From positions 133,390 to 197,389 of the forward strand of contig CBDCLE010000025.1 in NCBI GenBank assembly GCA_965218585.1: a DNA stretch of 64,000 nt. Reading direction: 5' to 3'. Position 1 is the stretch's first letter, and every line of letters begins with the position of its first letter. The notes below the pieces were generated by a model, which saw only the letters and a list, made by a program, of their open reading frames with translations, was not told where the DNA came from and made no database searches. The translations under genes were made by a program, and so were the position numbers. This DNA comes from Terriglobia bacterium (GTDB lineage: Bacteria; Acidobacteriota; Terriglobia; 20CM-2-55-15). Of this stretch, positions 39,183 through 49,756 are shown one piece after another.

Positions 39183-40181
39183 ATGAATCGAAGTCCAAAC
39201 AACGAGGGAGTCATTCTGGTCAGCGTCCTGTGGGTCGTTCTGATCCTGTCGGTGACCTCGCTGTCGCTGGCGACTGCTGCACGAACCCAGGTGTCTGCGA
39301 CCGGGAGCAACTTCGATTCTGAACGTGCGTTTTTCATGGCTCGTGGCGTGGCGGAGGTGATGTTTTACAGGATCTCCCAGGATCTCGACCTGTTTGATTT
39401 TGATGGATCACCAGTGGAACAGGACGGAGCCGAATTTGTCTTCCCCATGGCGACGGGCGAGGTGCGTGTGCGTCTGGAGACCGGCCAAGACCGGATCAAT
39501 ATCAATCAGGCTTCTGATGAGTTGTTGGCATCGATGTTCGATTCTCTCGACGTGGAAGCCGATACGCGGAGCCGGCTGGTGGACTCAATCCTGGACTGGC
39601 GAGACGGCGACGACATACCGAACGTCTATGGAGCGGAAATATCTGATTACGAGCGGATTGACGGCCCCCGCCTGCCTTCTAACGGGCCTTTCACTTCGGT
39701 GGACGAACTGCTGTTCGTAGCGGGGATGACCGACGAGATCTTTTATGGCCGGCTGCTCGCGGATTTCGCGGGGGAATATCGTCGAATTCCGGGCGTCCAG
39801 GACCTTGTAACAGTGCGTTCCGATCGGAGTGTTGTGAACCCGAACGAGGCATCTGCTGATGTGCTGGCTGCATTGCCCGGGATAGACCGCACACTCGCTG
39901 AATTTATGGTGGAAATCAGAGATGAGATACCGTTTTCTGACGGCGTGGACCTCGTGGAGCGTGTTCCATCCCTTAACAATTCGGACGCGTTGAATTTCGT
40001 AGCCCTCGACGGCGGCGAAGCGACGGCGATTGTTGCGCGAGCACAAATTGAGCCTTCAGGAGCATCGCGCACCGTGAAGATAGTTCTCAGCCGGAACGAA
40101 AGGCTTGAATTCCTGAGTTTATCACCGCTGTTTTTCAGGCGAGTTCAGGATATCGAACTGGATCACTGGGAATATGAATAA
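39183..40181 (+). CDS. gspK: Minor pseudopilin GspK
   Basis: G|VILVSVLW (no E5), RININQA, ILDWRD, FTSVDEL. Confidence 0.88.
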   Translation: MNRSPNNEGVILVSVLWVVLILSVTSLSLATAARTQVSATGSNFDSERAFFMARGVAEVMFYRISQDLDLFDFDGSPVEQDGAEFVFPMATGEVRVRLETGQDRININQASDELLASMFDSLDVEADTRSRLVDSILDWRDGDDIPNVYGAEISDYERIDGPRLPSNGPFTSVDELLFVAGMTDEIFYGRLLADFAGEYRRIPGVQDLVTVRSDRSVVNPNEASADVLAALPGIDRTLAEFMVEIRDEIPFSDGVDLVERVPSLNNSDALNFVALDGGEATAIVARAQIEPSGASRTVKIVLSRNERLEFLSLSPLFFRRVQDIELDHWEYE

Positions 40182-41517
40182 CATTCTCCCGAGAACGGTC
40201 GTAGGAGTTGATATCGCAGGGAGTGACCTGCGCGTTGCGATTTTGCGTTCCGCCTTCGGCAAGTTGCGATTGGTGAGCACTTTCGCGGTGGAAGACTTTG
40301 CACACATGGATGCAGCCGCCCAGCGGCAGGAACTTTCAAAGATTGGCGAACGTCACCAGTTGAACGGTTCCCGTATCTTTCTTTCTTTGCCCGAGGAGTT
40401 GGGCGTTGCGCGGCAACTCGAGTTCCCGATTGAGGCCGCAGCAGATTTGAAGCCGGCCGTCGAACTCCAGGTCGAGAGCTTGTCTCCGTGGCCGGTCGAA
40501 GACGTCTATTGGGATTTAGCCTGGAGAAATTCAACACGGGGAGGAGCCAAGCTTCGCGTGACAGTTGCGATTGCGGAGCGAGCGAAGCTGGAGCAATGGG
40601 TCGAGCTGTTCGCGGAAGCTGGATTACACCTGAAAGGAGTTTCGATTCGAAGCCTAGTATGGGCACACGCTACGACACGATTATGGCCGGATGATCAGGG
40701 AACGATGGTCTTGACCCTCGGGGCCGAGCAGGCGGAGGGAGCCTTTATCAGGGGTGAGGCGATCGTATCCACTCGAGTGAGGGAAGATCTGCCTGGACAG
40801 GAGCGTGTCCGACAGGTGGCGATGCATTTGATGAGTGTGGGACGTGTCCAGTCGCCAGATGAGATTCGTGTCCTGGCCTATGGTCGGGACGTTGGCGAAC
40901 TGGATTCGGATAATCCCGCCTTACCGATCGACGGCGCAGTCCCGGATTCTATCCGCTCTTTCGGCGCAATCGCTACCGCATTGGGTGGTTTGGGGAAGAG
41001 TCCTTTTTCCCTCAATCTGCTTCCTGAGGCAATGCGGTTTCGGAGTAATCAGACGCAACTTATCCCCACATACGTCGGCCTGGCCTTCGTTTTGCTGGCC
41101 GTTAGCATTCTGTTCGTCCGCGAGCCTTACCAGTGGTCGAGCTACGCTGCCGAGCTTGACGAGGCGATTGCCGCCGTCGCATCCGAAGCAGCCGACGTGA
41201 CCGATCAGGAGACTGAACTGAACCTTCTTTCGGATCGGTATCGAGCGCTCAGCATTCACTTGAACGGACGAGATTCGACTCTGGAAGCTCTCGATGCCCT
41301 GACACGCGTCATCCCCCCGGATACATGGATGACGTCGTTTTCCCTCAACGAAGGAGGCGTCACGGTTTCCGGTTTTTCCAACGGTGCGGCTGACGTCCAA
41401 CGCCTCGTGGAGGAGAGCGAGTCGTTCGAGAATGCCGAATTTGTTTCATCCGTTGTTCGTGATGACACGGGCCGGGACCGGTTTACCTTGCGCTTCGACC
41501 TGGAGGATCCTTCATGA
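40174..41517 (+). CDS. GspL / PilM-PilN-like assembly protein
   Basis: VGVDIAG actin-like start, LNLLP, TM helix, PilN-like C-terminus. Confidence 0.8.
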   Translation: MNNILPRTVVGVDIAGSDLRVAILRSAFGKLRLVSTFAVEDFAHMDAAAQRQELSKIGERHQLNGSRIFLSLPEELGVARQLEFPIEAAADLKPAVELQVESLSPWPVEDVYWDLAWRNSTRGGAKLRVTVAIAERAKLEQWVELFAEAGLHLKGVSIRSLVWAHATTRLWPDDQGTMVLTLGAEQAEGAFIRGEAIVSTRVREDLPGQERVRQVAMHLMSVGRVQSPDEIRVLAYGRDVGELDSDNPALPIDGAVPDSIRSFGAIATALGGLGKSPFSLNLLPEAMRFRSNQTQLIPTYVGLAFVLLAVSILFVREPYQWSSYAAELDEAIAAVASEAADVTDQETELNLLSDRYRALSIHLNGRDSTLEALDALTRVIPPDTWMTSFSLNEGGVTVSGFSNGAADVQRLVEESESFENAEFVSSVVRDDTGRDRFTLRFDLEDPS

Positions 41518-42125
41518 AGTTTGAACTCGGAGCCCGAGACCGCCGCGCCCTGATTCTTCTGGTCTGTGCCGTGGGACTGTACTTCCTGGTTTCGGGTGCT
41601 CTGTTTCCGGCATGGGACAACCTCGCTGCTGCCGAGGCATCGGCACTCGAGAAGGAAGATCAGCTGCTCCGGTATCGTCGAGCACTAGCACGCGCAGCTG
41701 ACTATTCGGCGCTGTTGGAAGACGCACGCGCACGGATAGCAGAAGGAGAGGAGCGGCTGATTCCGGGAGACAACCCGTCGCTGGCTTCTGCCCAACTGCA
41801 GACGCGGATTGAAGATGCTGCTGAACGGACGGGTATCGAGTTGGGCCAGAGGAACATTTCACCGGCACGCTTGGTCGATGATTATTTCAATGAGATTATG
41901 ATGTCGTTGGTGTTTCAGAGCACACCGGGACAATTGGTCCGATTCCTATCGGATATCCGAAGTGTCGACAATTTGGTCGTTGTTCGCTCCATTCAGGTTT
42001 CCCCAATCCAGACGGTTGACCAGGTTGTTCTGGAAGGCGAAGCCGTCAAGGATCTGAACGTGAACGTGACATTCGGTTCCATCCTGGCAACGCCCCCGTT
42101 GGAGAATGCTGCCGACGAGGATTGA
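41514..42125 (+). CDS. GspM / PilO-like protein
   Basis: RDRRAL plus TM, coiled coil, LVRFL ferredoxin-like C-terminus; gene order. Confidence 0.75.
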   Translation: MKFELGARDRRALILLVCAVGLYFLVSGALFPAWDNLAAAEASALEKEDQLLRYRRALARAADYSALLEDARARIAEGEERLIPGDNPSLASAQLQTRIEDAAERTGIELGQRNISPARLVDDYFNEIMMSLVFQSTPGQLVRFLSDIRSVDNLVVVRSIQVSPIQTVDQVVLEGEAVKDLNVNVTFGSILATPPLENAADED

Positions 42126-42138
42126 CGAGGGTTGATCG

Positions 42139-42852
42139 ATGAAGAAAGAATTTGTCGTGATTAACATGCTCCTGCTGACCGTTGTGATCGGCGCGGTTTT
42201 TCAGTCTTTCAATGGTTGGACCGCCTTTGGGATCGCTCATGATCCGGAAGCGATTCAGTATGAAGGTGAGGCCTTCGGGTCCCCACTGGTTCCCGAGACT
42301 GAGGGCGGCAGGGAGGATCCGGACTGGGCTCGGATCGCGGAAGAAAACCTCTTCAGTTTTGACCGGAACGACCTGTCCGTTGCGCCTCCCGAAAGTCCTG
42401 TCGCTACGGGTCCCCGGCCCATTCTTTTCGGGACGATGTCGATTGGAGACGGGCCCATCGCTCTCATGGCTACCGGGCAACCCGGGAACACCGCCTCCAT
42501 GCCCTACAAGGTCGGGGAGTCCATCGATGGCTGGCAAGTGGTCGAAATCGCGAACAAGTCGGTCGTCGTCGAGTCCGGAGGCGTCCGATCGACCGTACTA
42601 ATGAACGATCCCACAGCTCAAGTGCCTCGGGGGACTGCGAGAACCCTGCCTGCCGGTAGCGGCGTCCCGCAGGTTTCGACAGTTGGGGCTGGGGCGCCCA
42701 GACCGACGGTTCAGTCCAGCACAACCAGCACGAGTACAAGAGCTTCGGTTCCCAACCCATCCGAAATTACAGAGGAGAACGTTCCGCCGGGATTCAGGAT
42801 CCAAAGAACACCTGGGTTTGGCAATAGAGTCGTTCCTATTCCAGAACAATGA
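42139..42852 (+). CDS. GspC-like periplasmic linker protein
   Basis: N-terminal TM, NLF, YKVGESIDGWQVVEI (HR-like domain), Pro/Thr-rich tail. Confidence 0.65.
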   Translation: MKKEFVVINMLLLTVVIGAVFQSFNGWTAFGIAHDPEAIQYEGEAFGSPLVPETEGGREDPDWARIAEENLFSFDRNDLSVAPPESPVATGPRPILFGTMSIGDGPIALMATGQPGNTASMPYKVGESIDGWQVVEIANKSVVVESGGVRSTVLMNDPTAQVPRGTARTLPAGSGVPQVSTVGAGAPRPTVQSSTTSTSTRASVPNPSEITEENVPPGFRIQRTPGFGNRVVPIPEQ

Positions 42853-44875
42853 AGAAAATCACATTTACCCTGCTGAGTATCTTTCTTGGGTTCGGGCCAT
42901 TGGTGGCTCAGGAAGCACCGCAGTCACAACAAGAAGTCATTCAAACCCCGTTCGGGACGAGTGAGATTTCCCAGGCCGCGGATCCGGTGGCCACACCGGT
43001 CCCTGAAGAGGCCCCCCTTTCGGCACAGGACATCGCTGCGGCACAGGCACCTGGGCAGGCGGCCGCCGGAGAGGCTCCCGACGAAGTCGTCCCGATTCAG
43101 CTCTTCTTCGACAATCAGGATATTCATCAAATCATCCAGATCATCGGTGACGCCTTGGGCATCAATTACATCGTTGATCCCGCTGTGCGCGGAACGGTCA
43201 ACATCAACACGGCGGGAACACTGATGCGTTCCGATCTGCTTCCGATTCTGGAGACGATCCTTCGCATCAACGGAGCGACCATCATTCAGACGGGCAATTT
43301 CTACGAGATCGTTCCCGCGACGGTTGCCCTGCGATCGCGGTTGCAAGTCCAGGATGATTTGCAGACCCTTTCGCCCGATGACCAATTCGTCATCCAGATC
43401 GTCCGAATGCGGTTTGTGGCTGCTTCGGAAATGTCCCAACTCCTGTCGCCCTATATGAGCCAGGGGGCCAACATAGTGGTCCACGAGGGTGGGAACATCC
43501 TGCTCGTCAGTGAGCGTCGTCGAAATCTGGAGAAGCTCCTCGAGATCGTCGATATCTTTGATACCAACGTCTTTGAAGGCGAGAGAGTGCGTCTGTTTCC
43601 GATCCAGAACAATCTGGCCGATGACATGGTGGACGACCTGTCCACGGTCTTTTCGGGCTATGCGTTGTCTCAGGCCAGCGCCATCCGGTTTGTTGCCATC
43701 GAGCGACTGAACTCGGTCCTGGTGGTCTCGCCAAATGCGGCAGTCTTCGAAGAGGTTCAGAACTGGCTTGAGAGGTTGGACCAACCCTCGGCGGGGATCC
43801 AGAACTTTGTGTACAAGGTGCAGAACGCCAAGGCCGTTGACATCCAGCGCGTTCTGACCCAGCTCTACGGAACACAGCTACAGATTGCGAATATCGTACA
43901 GACCGTTGCCGGCGGGAATGCAGAAGGGCAAAACAGGTTCCGTGGCCCCGGACGCGGGTCCTCAGGCCTTTGTTCCCAGCAGCGACATCCGGATCATTGC
44001 AGACGAGATCAACAACGCCCTCGTCATTCAGGCGTCGGCTCAGGAGTACGCTGCGATCGAAGACACCATTCGGCAGCTGGACGTCCTGCCCCGGCAGGTC
44101 TTGATCGATGCGCAAATCTACGAGGTGGTTCTTGACGACTCGATAGCCTTCGGGCTGTCGGCTATCCTGCAGAATCGCGGCACGCTTGCAAATCCCCAGA
44201 CGACGGCTTCCTTTGCGGGCAGTCCTCCTTCACTGAGCGCCCAGACTTTTGCCTTCATCGGCCGCTCGAGGGAACTGCTGGGTTTCTTGAATGCTTCTGA
44301 AAACCGCTCCCGTGTCCGCACGCTCTCAGCGCCGTCCGTATTGGTCAGCGACAACATGCCCGCTGCATTTCAAGTCGGTGCTGAGGTTCCCGTGCCGACG
44401 ACTTCATCGGTGACACCGGTTCAGTCCGACGGAACCAATCTCTTTGCCCAGACTATCCAGTTTCGTCCGACCGGCGTCATCCTGAACGTCACGCCACAGA
44501 TCAACGATAGCGGGAACGTCACGCTCGAAATCAGACAGGAAGTTAGTCAGGCCGCTGCAAATACGACTTCCGGCGTTGTCGCGCCGGTGATTGGGGACGG
44601 CTTCGGTTCAGTCCACAGTTGTGGTTCGGGACGGCCAGACCATCGCCATCGCCGGATTTATCAGGGAAAGCAACGACTTGATCCGGAACAGGGTGCCCAT
44701 ACTTGGACGGATTCCCGGTCTGGGTGTCCTGTTTGGCAGTACCTCGCGCTCGAACACTCGGACGGAACTCATTGTTCTCATTACGCCTCATGTCATCCGC
44801 AACACTGAAGATGCAGACCTGGCGACCGACGAGCTCAGGGATAAGCTGCGGGAAATCCAGGAGATGCTCGAATAA
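42849..44875 (+). CDS. gspD: Type II secretion secretin, split by two frameshifts (about 43930-43950 and 44590)
   Basis: N-domains (NYIVDPAVRGTVNI), LDVLPRQVLIDAQIYEV, TGVILNVTPQIN, VPILGRIPGLGVLF...RTELIVLITPHVI across three frames. Confidence 0.9.
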
Positions 44876-45071
44876 CACACTGCCATTCCGGAATGGTCGA
44901 TTTCGACTCAGCCCAGCTCCGTCCGGTGCCGCTAAATGCCTCACAGATAGGGTCCCACCTTGTGGAACGGAACGTGCTCATTTCTGGGCGTGGTAACGGA
45001 CGACCCGAAACACTTGGTCCCGGACGCTGGAAGCGTCTTAAGAAAGAAGAGGTTGGGGCCCCACAACAAGC

Positions 45072-45100
45072 TTGACAGAGGCCCCACCGCATGTTACGTT
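45072..45100 (+). promoter_or_regulatory. Strong sigma70-type promoter upstream of the S-layer-like gene
   Basis: TTGACA-N17-TACGTT with extended TG. Confidence 0.65.
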
Positions 45101-45319
45101 ACCGACGTTTTGTTCTAACTTCTTGTATGTGAAGAAGTTGGATGTGATCATCGGTCACTTTCTGCGACCTTGTGATGAAACTGATCGGGGCAGGTTGTAT
45201 TTGCTTCCCCATTTTGAGTTCGGATAGCGCTGCTGTCGACCGTCGATAGTTACGGTCGTCGACGGTAGAAATTGACAGTAGCCGTTGAAAAAATTCTAAC
45301 TTTGATGAAGGAGAAACAA

Positions 45320-46935
45320 ATGCAACTGAAGTCCAAACTTCTATTTGGGCTCGTAGCCACGGTCCTGATGGTGGGCATGATGGCGTCCACTGCTGAAGCC
45401 CAGATCAGCATTACGCTGTTCCCGAACGGCGCGTCGACCGAAGTCGCGAGCAGTCGAACCGCGCTGACGAACGATCGTAGTTCGACCGGTTCGGGCGTAG
45501 TGATTACGGGTGGCTTGTTGGCCCAATCCAACCTGACCCTCACCAATTTAGTCCTCACTTACTCGGCGCCCATTACCTCGAGTGCTGACAACAATCCAAG
45601 TCCGGGTGCGAACCCCGCGGGAGACGCTCTGCGGTTGGCAGGCGCGACGGGAGTGTTCGCCACGTCCACGATCACGACCGTGAACTTTTCAGCCGGTACA
45701 GTTACTATTTCGATGCCTACCTTCGATGTGAACACGGCTTCGGGATCGATGCGCCTGGTTGGAGTCCGTGTAGACGCTTCCGGCGAAACAGCGCCGGTTA
45801 CGGTTACGGCCTCGCTCAGCAACACGGCGAACAACTACCTTCTGTCGTCGTCCACAGCGCAAACGGTCCTCAGCACGTTGACGGCTGGCCTTGGGACCGT
45901 AGGAATCGGGGTTGTCAGTGGCAATGTTGGTTCGGGTACCTCGACGCTGCTGACGAACGCGACGATCGCCGACGCGACAGCGCAGATTTTGATCACCGAA
46001 GGCTTTGCATCGGCATGGCGGACGGCAACGCAGGAGTCTAATTCCGGCACCGCGCTTGGCGGCTCCGGCACTCAGATCACGCTGACGTTTACCGGAATTC
46101 CGTCCGGCGTGACTTTAAGGCGTGACTTTAACCGGAGCGGTTACGAATTCCTCCTCTAGTTTCACGGCACCGACGATCGGCGCCAACACCACGGCGACGT
46201 CAACTGCGGGGGGACAATGTGTTCATCTTCACGTTGCCCGCGGCGGGAGGAAGTCTGACCACTGTTCAGTCGTTTGACGTCACCATCACAGTGACGGTTT
46301 CGGGCACGACAACGAGTCTGACAGCCGCGACCATCACGGCAGTGGCTGATCTAAGGCCGATAGCGGCAGCGTTCAGCACGTCTTCAGGTTCGACGAACTT
46401 CCCGACATCCACTAGTTATCCGCGATTTGCTGCGGCGCCGACCTCTTCGTTCACCGTGGTCAGTATTATCGCTGCCAGGACGAACCTGTTGGTACCATAC
46501 CTCGTGGCTGACGGAGGCTTCGATACAGGCATAGTCATCGCGAATACGACAGCCGACCCGTGGAGCGGCATAGGGGGTGGAACACCCCTCGGCGGTACAC
46601 TCACATACCACTTCTACCCCCGGACCAGTACCGGTGCCGGGACCATGTTCTCTCTGACGACAGGCAGTACTGTGACGCCGGGTGTTGGATTGTCAACGAC
46701 CGGTGAGTTGGCGGCCGGGGCTACGCACTCGGTGCTGTTGTCGGAACTCTTGAGTGCGGCGAGCCAAAGCGCAACGTTTACAGGATACGTCTTCGTAGAG
46801 GCGAACTTCCTGCTGGCGCACGGTATCTCGTTCGTCAGTGACTTTACTGGCCCGTTCACGTCGTTCTCGCCGATGCTGGTAATTCCGAATACCCAGACAA
46901 CGGCAAGAACCGCAAACGAATCGTTGGGCTTCTAA
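45320..46935 (+). CDS. Large exported Thr/Ser/Ala/Gly-rich surface (S-layer-like) protein, split by a 13-bp duplication (46106-46131) and a G6 tract (46208-46213)
   Basis: GAAGGAG RBS, Sec signal (AEA|Q), no Cys, all-beta composition, C-terminal TNLLVPY...GFDTGIVIANTTADP...AHG; one continuous frame after removing one repeat copy and one G. Confidence 0.7.
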
Positions 46936-46961
46936 TCCAAGTTCTGACGTAAGCATGTAGG

Positions 46962-46992
46962 AAGAAAGGGGGCTCTCGGGCCCCCTTTTTTT
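46962..46992 (+). terminator. Rho-independent terminator
   Basis: AAGAAAGGGGGCTC-TC-GGGCCCCCTTTTTTT. Confidence 0.9.
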
Positions 46993-47117
46993 GTCACCCG
47001 AGTCCTGTTCTGAGGCTGTTTCCAACAGCAGTTCCGGTTCCCGGCTTTGGTATAATTCTATTACGCTGCCGAAGAGTCTTTCGGACTTGAGGTCCTTTGT
47101 CTTTGGCCGATTGAACG

Positions 47118-48169
47118 ATGCATTGTCGCACTATCACCTTGATGCTGCTATTCCTGTTCGTTGGCACTTCCTACGGCGCTGCAGCTTCGCAGGTTGCAAT
47201 CCCTCCTGATCTAGGCGAGCTGATCGAGGCGGCCCAGACGACCCGAACTCTTTTAGCCCAAGGCCAGATGATCGAGGTGATTGAGTTCATCGTTCCGGAA
47301 AAACGGAATCAGGTTTTGACTGCAGGACGACCTACATTTCGAAATCCGAAGGTGGTCGGCGTCGACCTGACCGAGGATCCCGACCGTGTGGTCGTTCGTG
47401 TGTCGGTCGAAATGCCTGCTGTAGAGCTGGCAGGTGCGCGTGCCTGGACAGCGCGGGACACATGGGTTCGAATCGATGGCCGGTGGTTGTACGAGCCGAC
47501 CAATTACACCGGGGCTTGGATGTCGGAGTTTACTGGCGCACCCAAGCCGGATCCGGAAGAGTCGCTCCGGGAGATTTCCGAGCGTTTCACCCTCGTTGAG
47601 GACTTGATTGATGTAGGTACGGTCAACGTGGGCGAACGCCACGTCATTCCCGTTCCGATCGAGTACTCCGGGGACTCACCGATTCGTGTGGGTACCTCGA
47701 TTCCGTCGAACTTCCTCATCCTTGACGGGGCGTCGACACGGGCGGTGTCTTCCACCGATTCGAGCTTTAACCTAGTGTTGGACCCTGAAGGCTGGGATGG
47801 CCCGTTCCGGTTTCCCTTGCCGCTGACGATCGATTATGAGGGTGTTACGATCGAGAGAACTCTCACCGTAGTCGGCAACGTCTTTGCGCCGCTGACTTTT
47901 GAGTTCTTACCACGGAGGCTTCTTCTCCGGATGATTTCAGGTTCTATCTTAGAAACAACACAGAGCAGACACTCGAAGTTATGGTAAACGCTGAGGGAAA
48001 ATTGGAACTAATGGATCACAGTGACGTTCTCGATCCTATGAGCGAAGGCTCTATTCATTTCAGCCGGATTCCGGGTGTCGATCCGCCGAATCGATTTACT
48101 GTCTCTGTAACTCCCCCCGTTTTGGGCAGAACCACCTTTTCTTTTCCTTTTGATTTCAATTCACGTTAG
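47118..48169 (+). CDS. Exported hypothetical protein with Ig-like C-terminal domains, frameshift near 47910
   Basis: Signal peptide; frame switch at TTACCACGG joins 47118-47987 to ...FRFYLRNNTEQTLEVMVNAEG.... Confidence 0.6.
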
Positions 48170-48183
48170 GAGAGTCTCCATCC

Positions 48184-49715
48184 GTGAAGAAGAAGTCAGC
48201 AAAGAAGAATTCACCAACGCGGAAGCCAAAGACAACCAACCGTGTCAAGTATCAGTTTCCGCTGTGGCTTGCGGCCGCTGTCGTGATTCTTGTCGGTGTG
48301 ATCGCGTACTGGAATTCGTTCGATGCCCCGCTGGTCTTCGACGATTTTCTGACGATTCAGAACAACGATTTTGTTCGATTTGGTGATGTTCTGAGTTTCA
48401 AGCCGCTCGGAGCGCGATCCCTTCTCTATATGACTTTCGGCATCAATTACGCGCTTCACGAACAGGATGTGTGGGGCTATCACCTGGTTAACGTGACCCT
48501 ACATCTGCTGAACGGTCTTCTTATCCTGTTGATCGCGTTGTACACGTTTCGACGGATCGAAATTGAAGAGTCCAAGGCACGGATCTACGCCGTTCTAGCG
48601 GGGGCGTTCTTTGTATGGTCACCCGATTCAGATACAGGCGGTGACGTATGTCTCCAGCCGATCCGAGACTCTCTCCACGTTCTTTTATCTGCTTGCACTA
48701 TTCGTCTTCGTTCGGGCGCCGAGTCGCCGGATTGGCTTCGGGCTGAGCCTGGTTGTGGGCGTGATTATGTACGCGGGTCTGCTGTCTAAGGAGACCGTGA
48801 TTTCCCTCCCGGCAGGGCTGTTGGTTTACGATTTTCTGTTTCGGTCGCGAAGCAGCCTGCGGGAGCTGCTTAGCCGCTGGAGGTTTTACGTCACGTTTCT
48901 CGTCGGCGGGACTGTGGCAGGATATTACATGCTCACCGGTCCCCTGAGAAATGCAGTCGGTAGCGCGCAGACGGGCAATCTTACCGTATGGTATTACCTG
49001 CTCACTCAGTCCAAGGTCATTGTGCACTATCTCCAACTGACGTTGTTCCCGATCGGTCAGAACCTGGATCACGACGTTCCACCCTCAGTGAGTCCTCTCG
49101 AACCCGCTGTTTTTGTATCGTTGTCGGTGATTGCCGGCCTCTTCGCAGTCGCATGGTTTACGCGCCTCCGTTCTCCGGTCGTTGCATTCTCGATCTTGTG
49201 GTTTTTCGTCACGCTGGCACCCACATCGAGTTTCGTCCCGATCATTGACTTCATGTTCGAACACCGGATGTATCTTCCTATGGCCGGCATCTGCCTGTCG
49301 TTTCCGATTCTCCTGGATCTGTTTGGCCGAACTATAAAAGAGCGACTTCGGTTCAGGCCGCGTCTGGTTCCTGTAGCGGCGGGCATACTGACCGCGTTGA
49401 CGATCGGCACCGTCATGCGGAACGAAGTGTGGCGCGACGAAGTGACTTTGTGGGCCGACGTCGTTTCGAAATCCCCAGAAAAGCTTCGTGGTTACAACGC
49501 TCTGGCTATGTCTCATTTCCGCAAGGGAGAGTACGACCAAGGCCTGCGCGTAGCGCGTCAGGGATATGAGAGATTCCCGGACCAGAGGGGAGCATTCGCC
49601 GACTCGATAGGAAATATGTATCTACAGTTGGGTCGTTACGACGAGGCGGTGCAGACGTTCAGGGATGCAGTCGAGACCGAAGCCGCCAAGACCAGCCCCG
49701 ATGAGGCCTTCCTCT
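48184..49715 (+). pseudogene. TMTC-like GT-C membrane glycosyltransferase with TPRs; frameshift near 48615, 3' truncated
   Basis: VFDD, YHLVNVTLHLLN, HPIQIQAVTYVSSRSE, SKE, EHRMYLP, RNEVWRDEVTLW, then TPRs cut off at a junction. Confidence 0.8.
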
Positions 49716-49756
49716 CGCCTGATCGACGGGAAGGGGCGCGTCGTGGACGACGCCGT

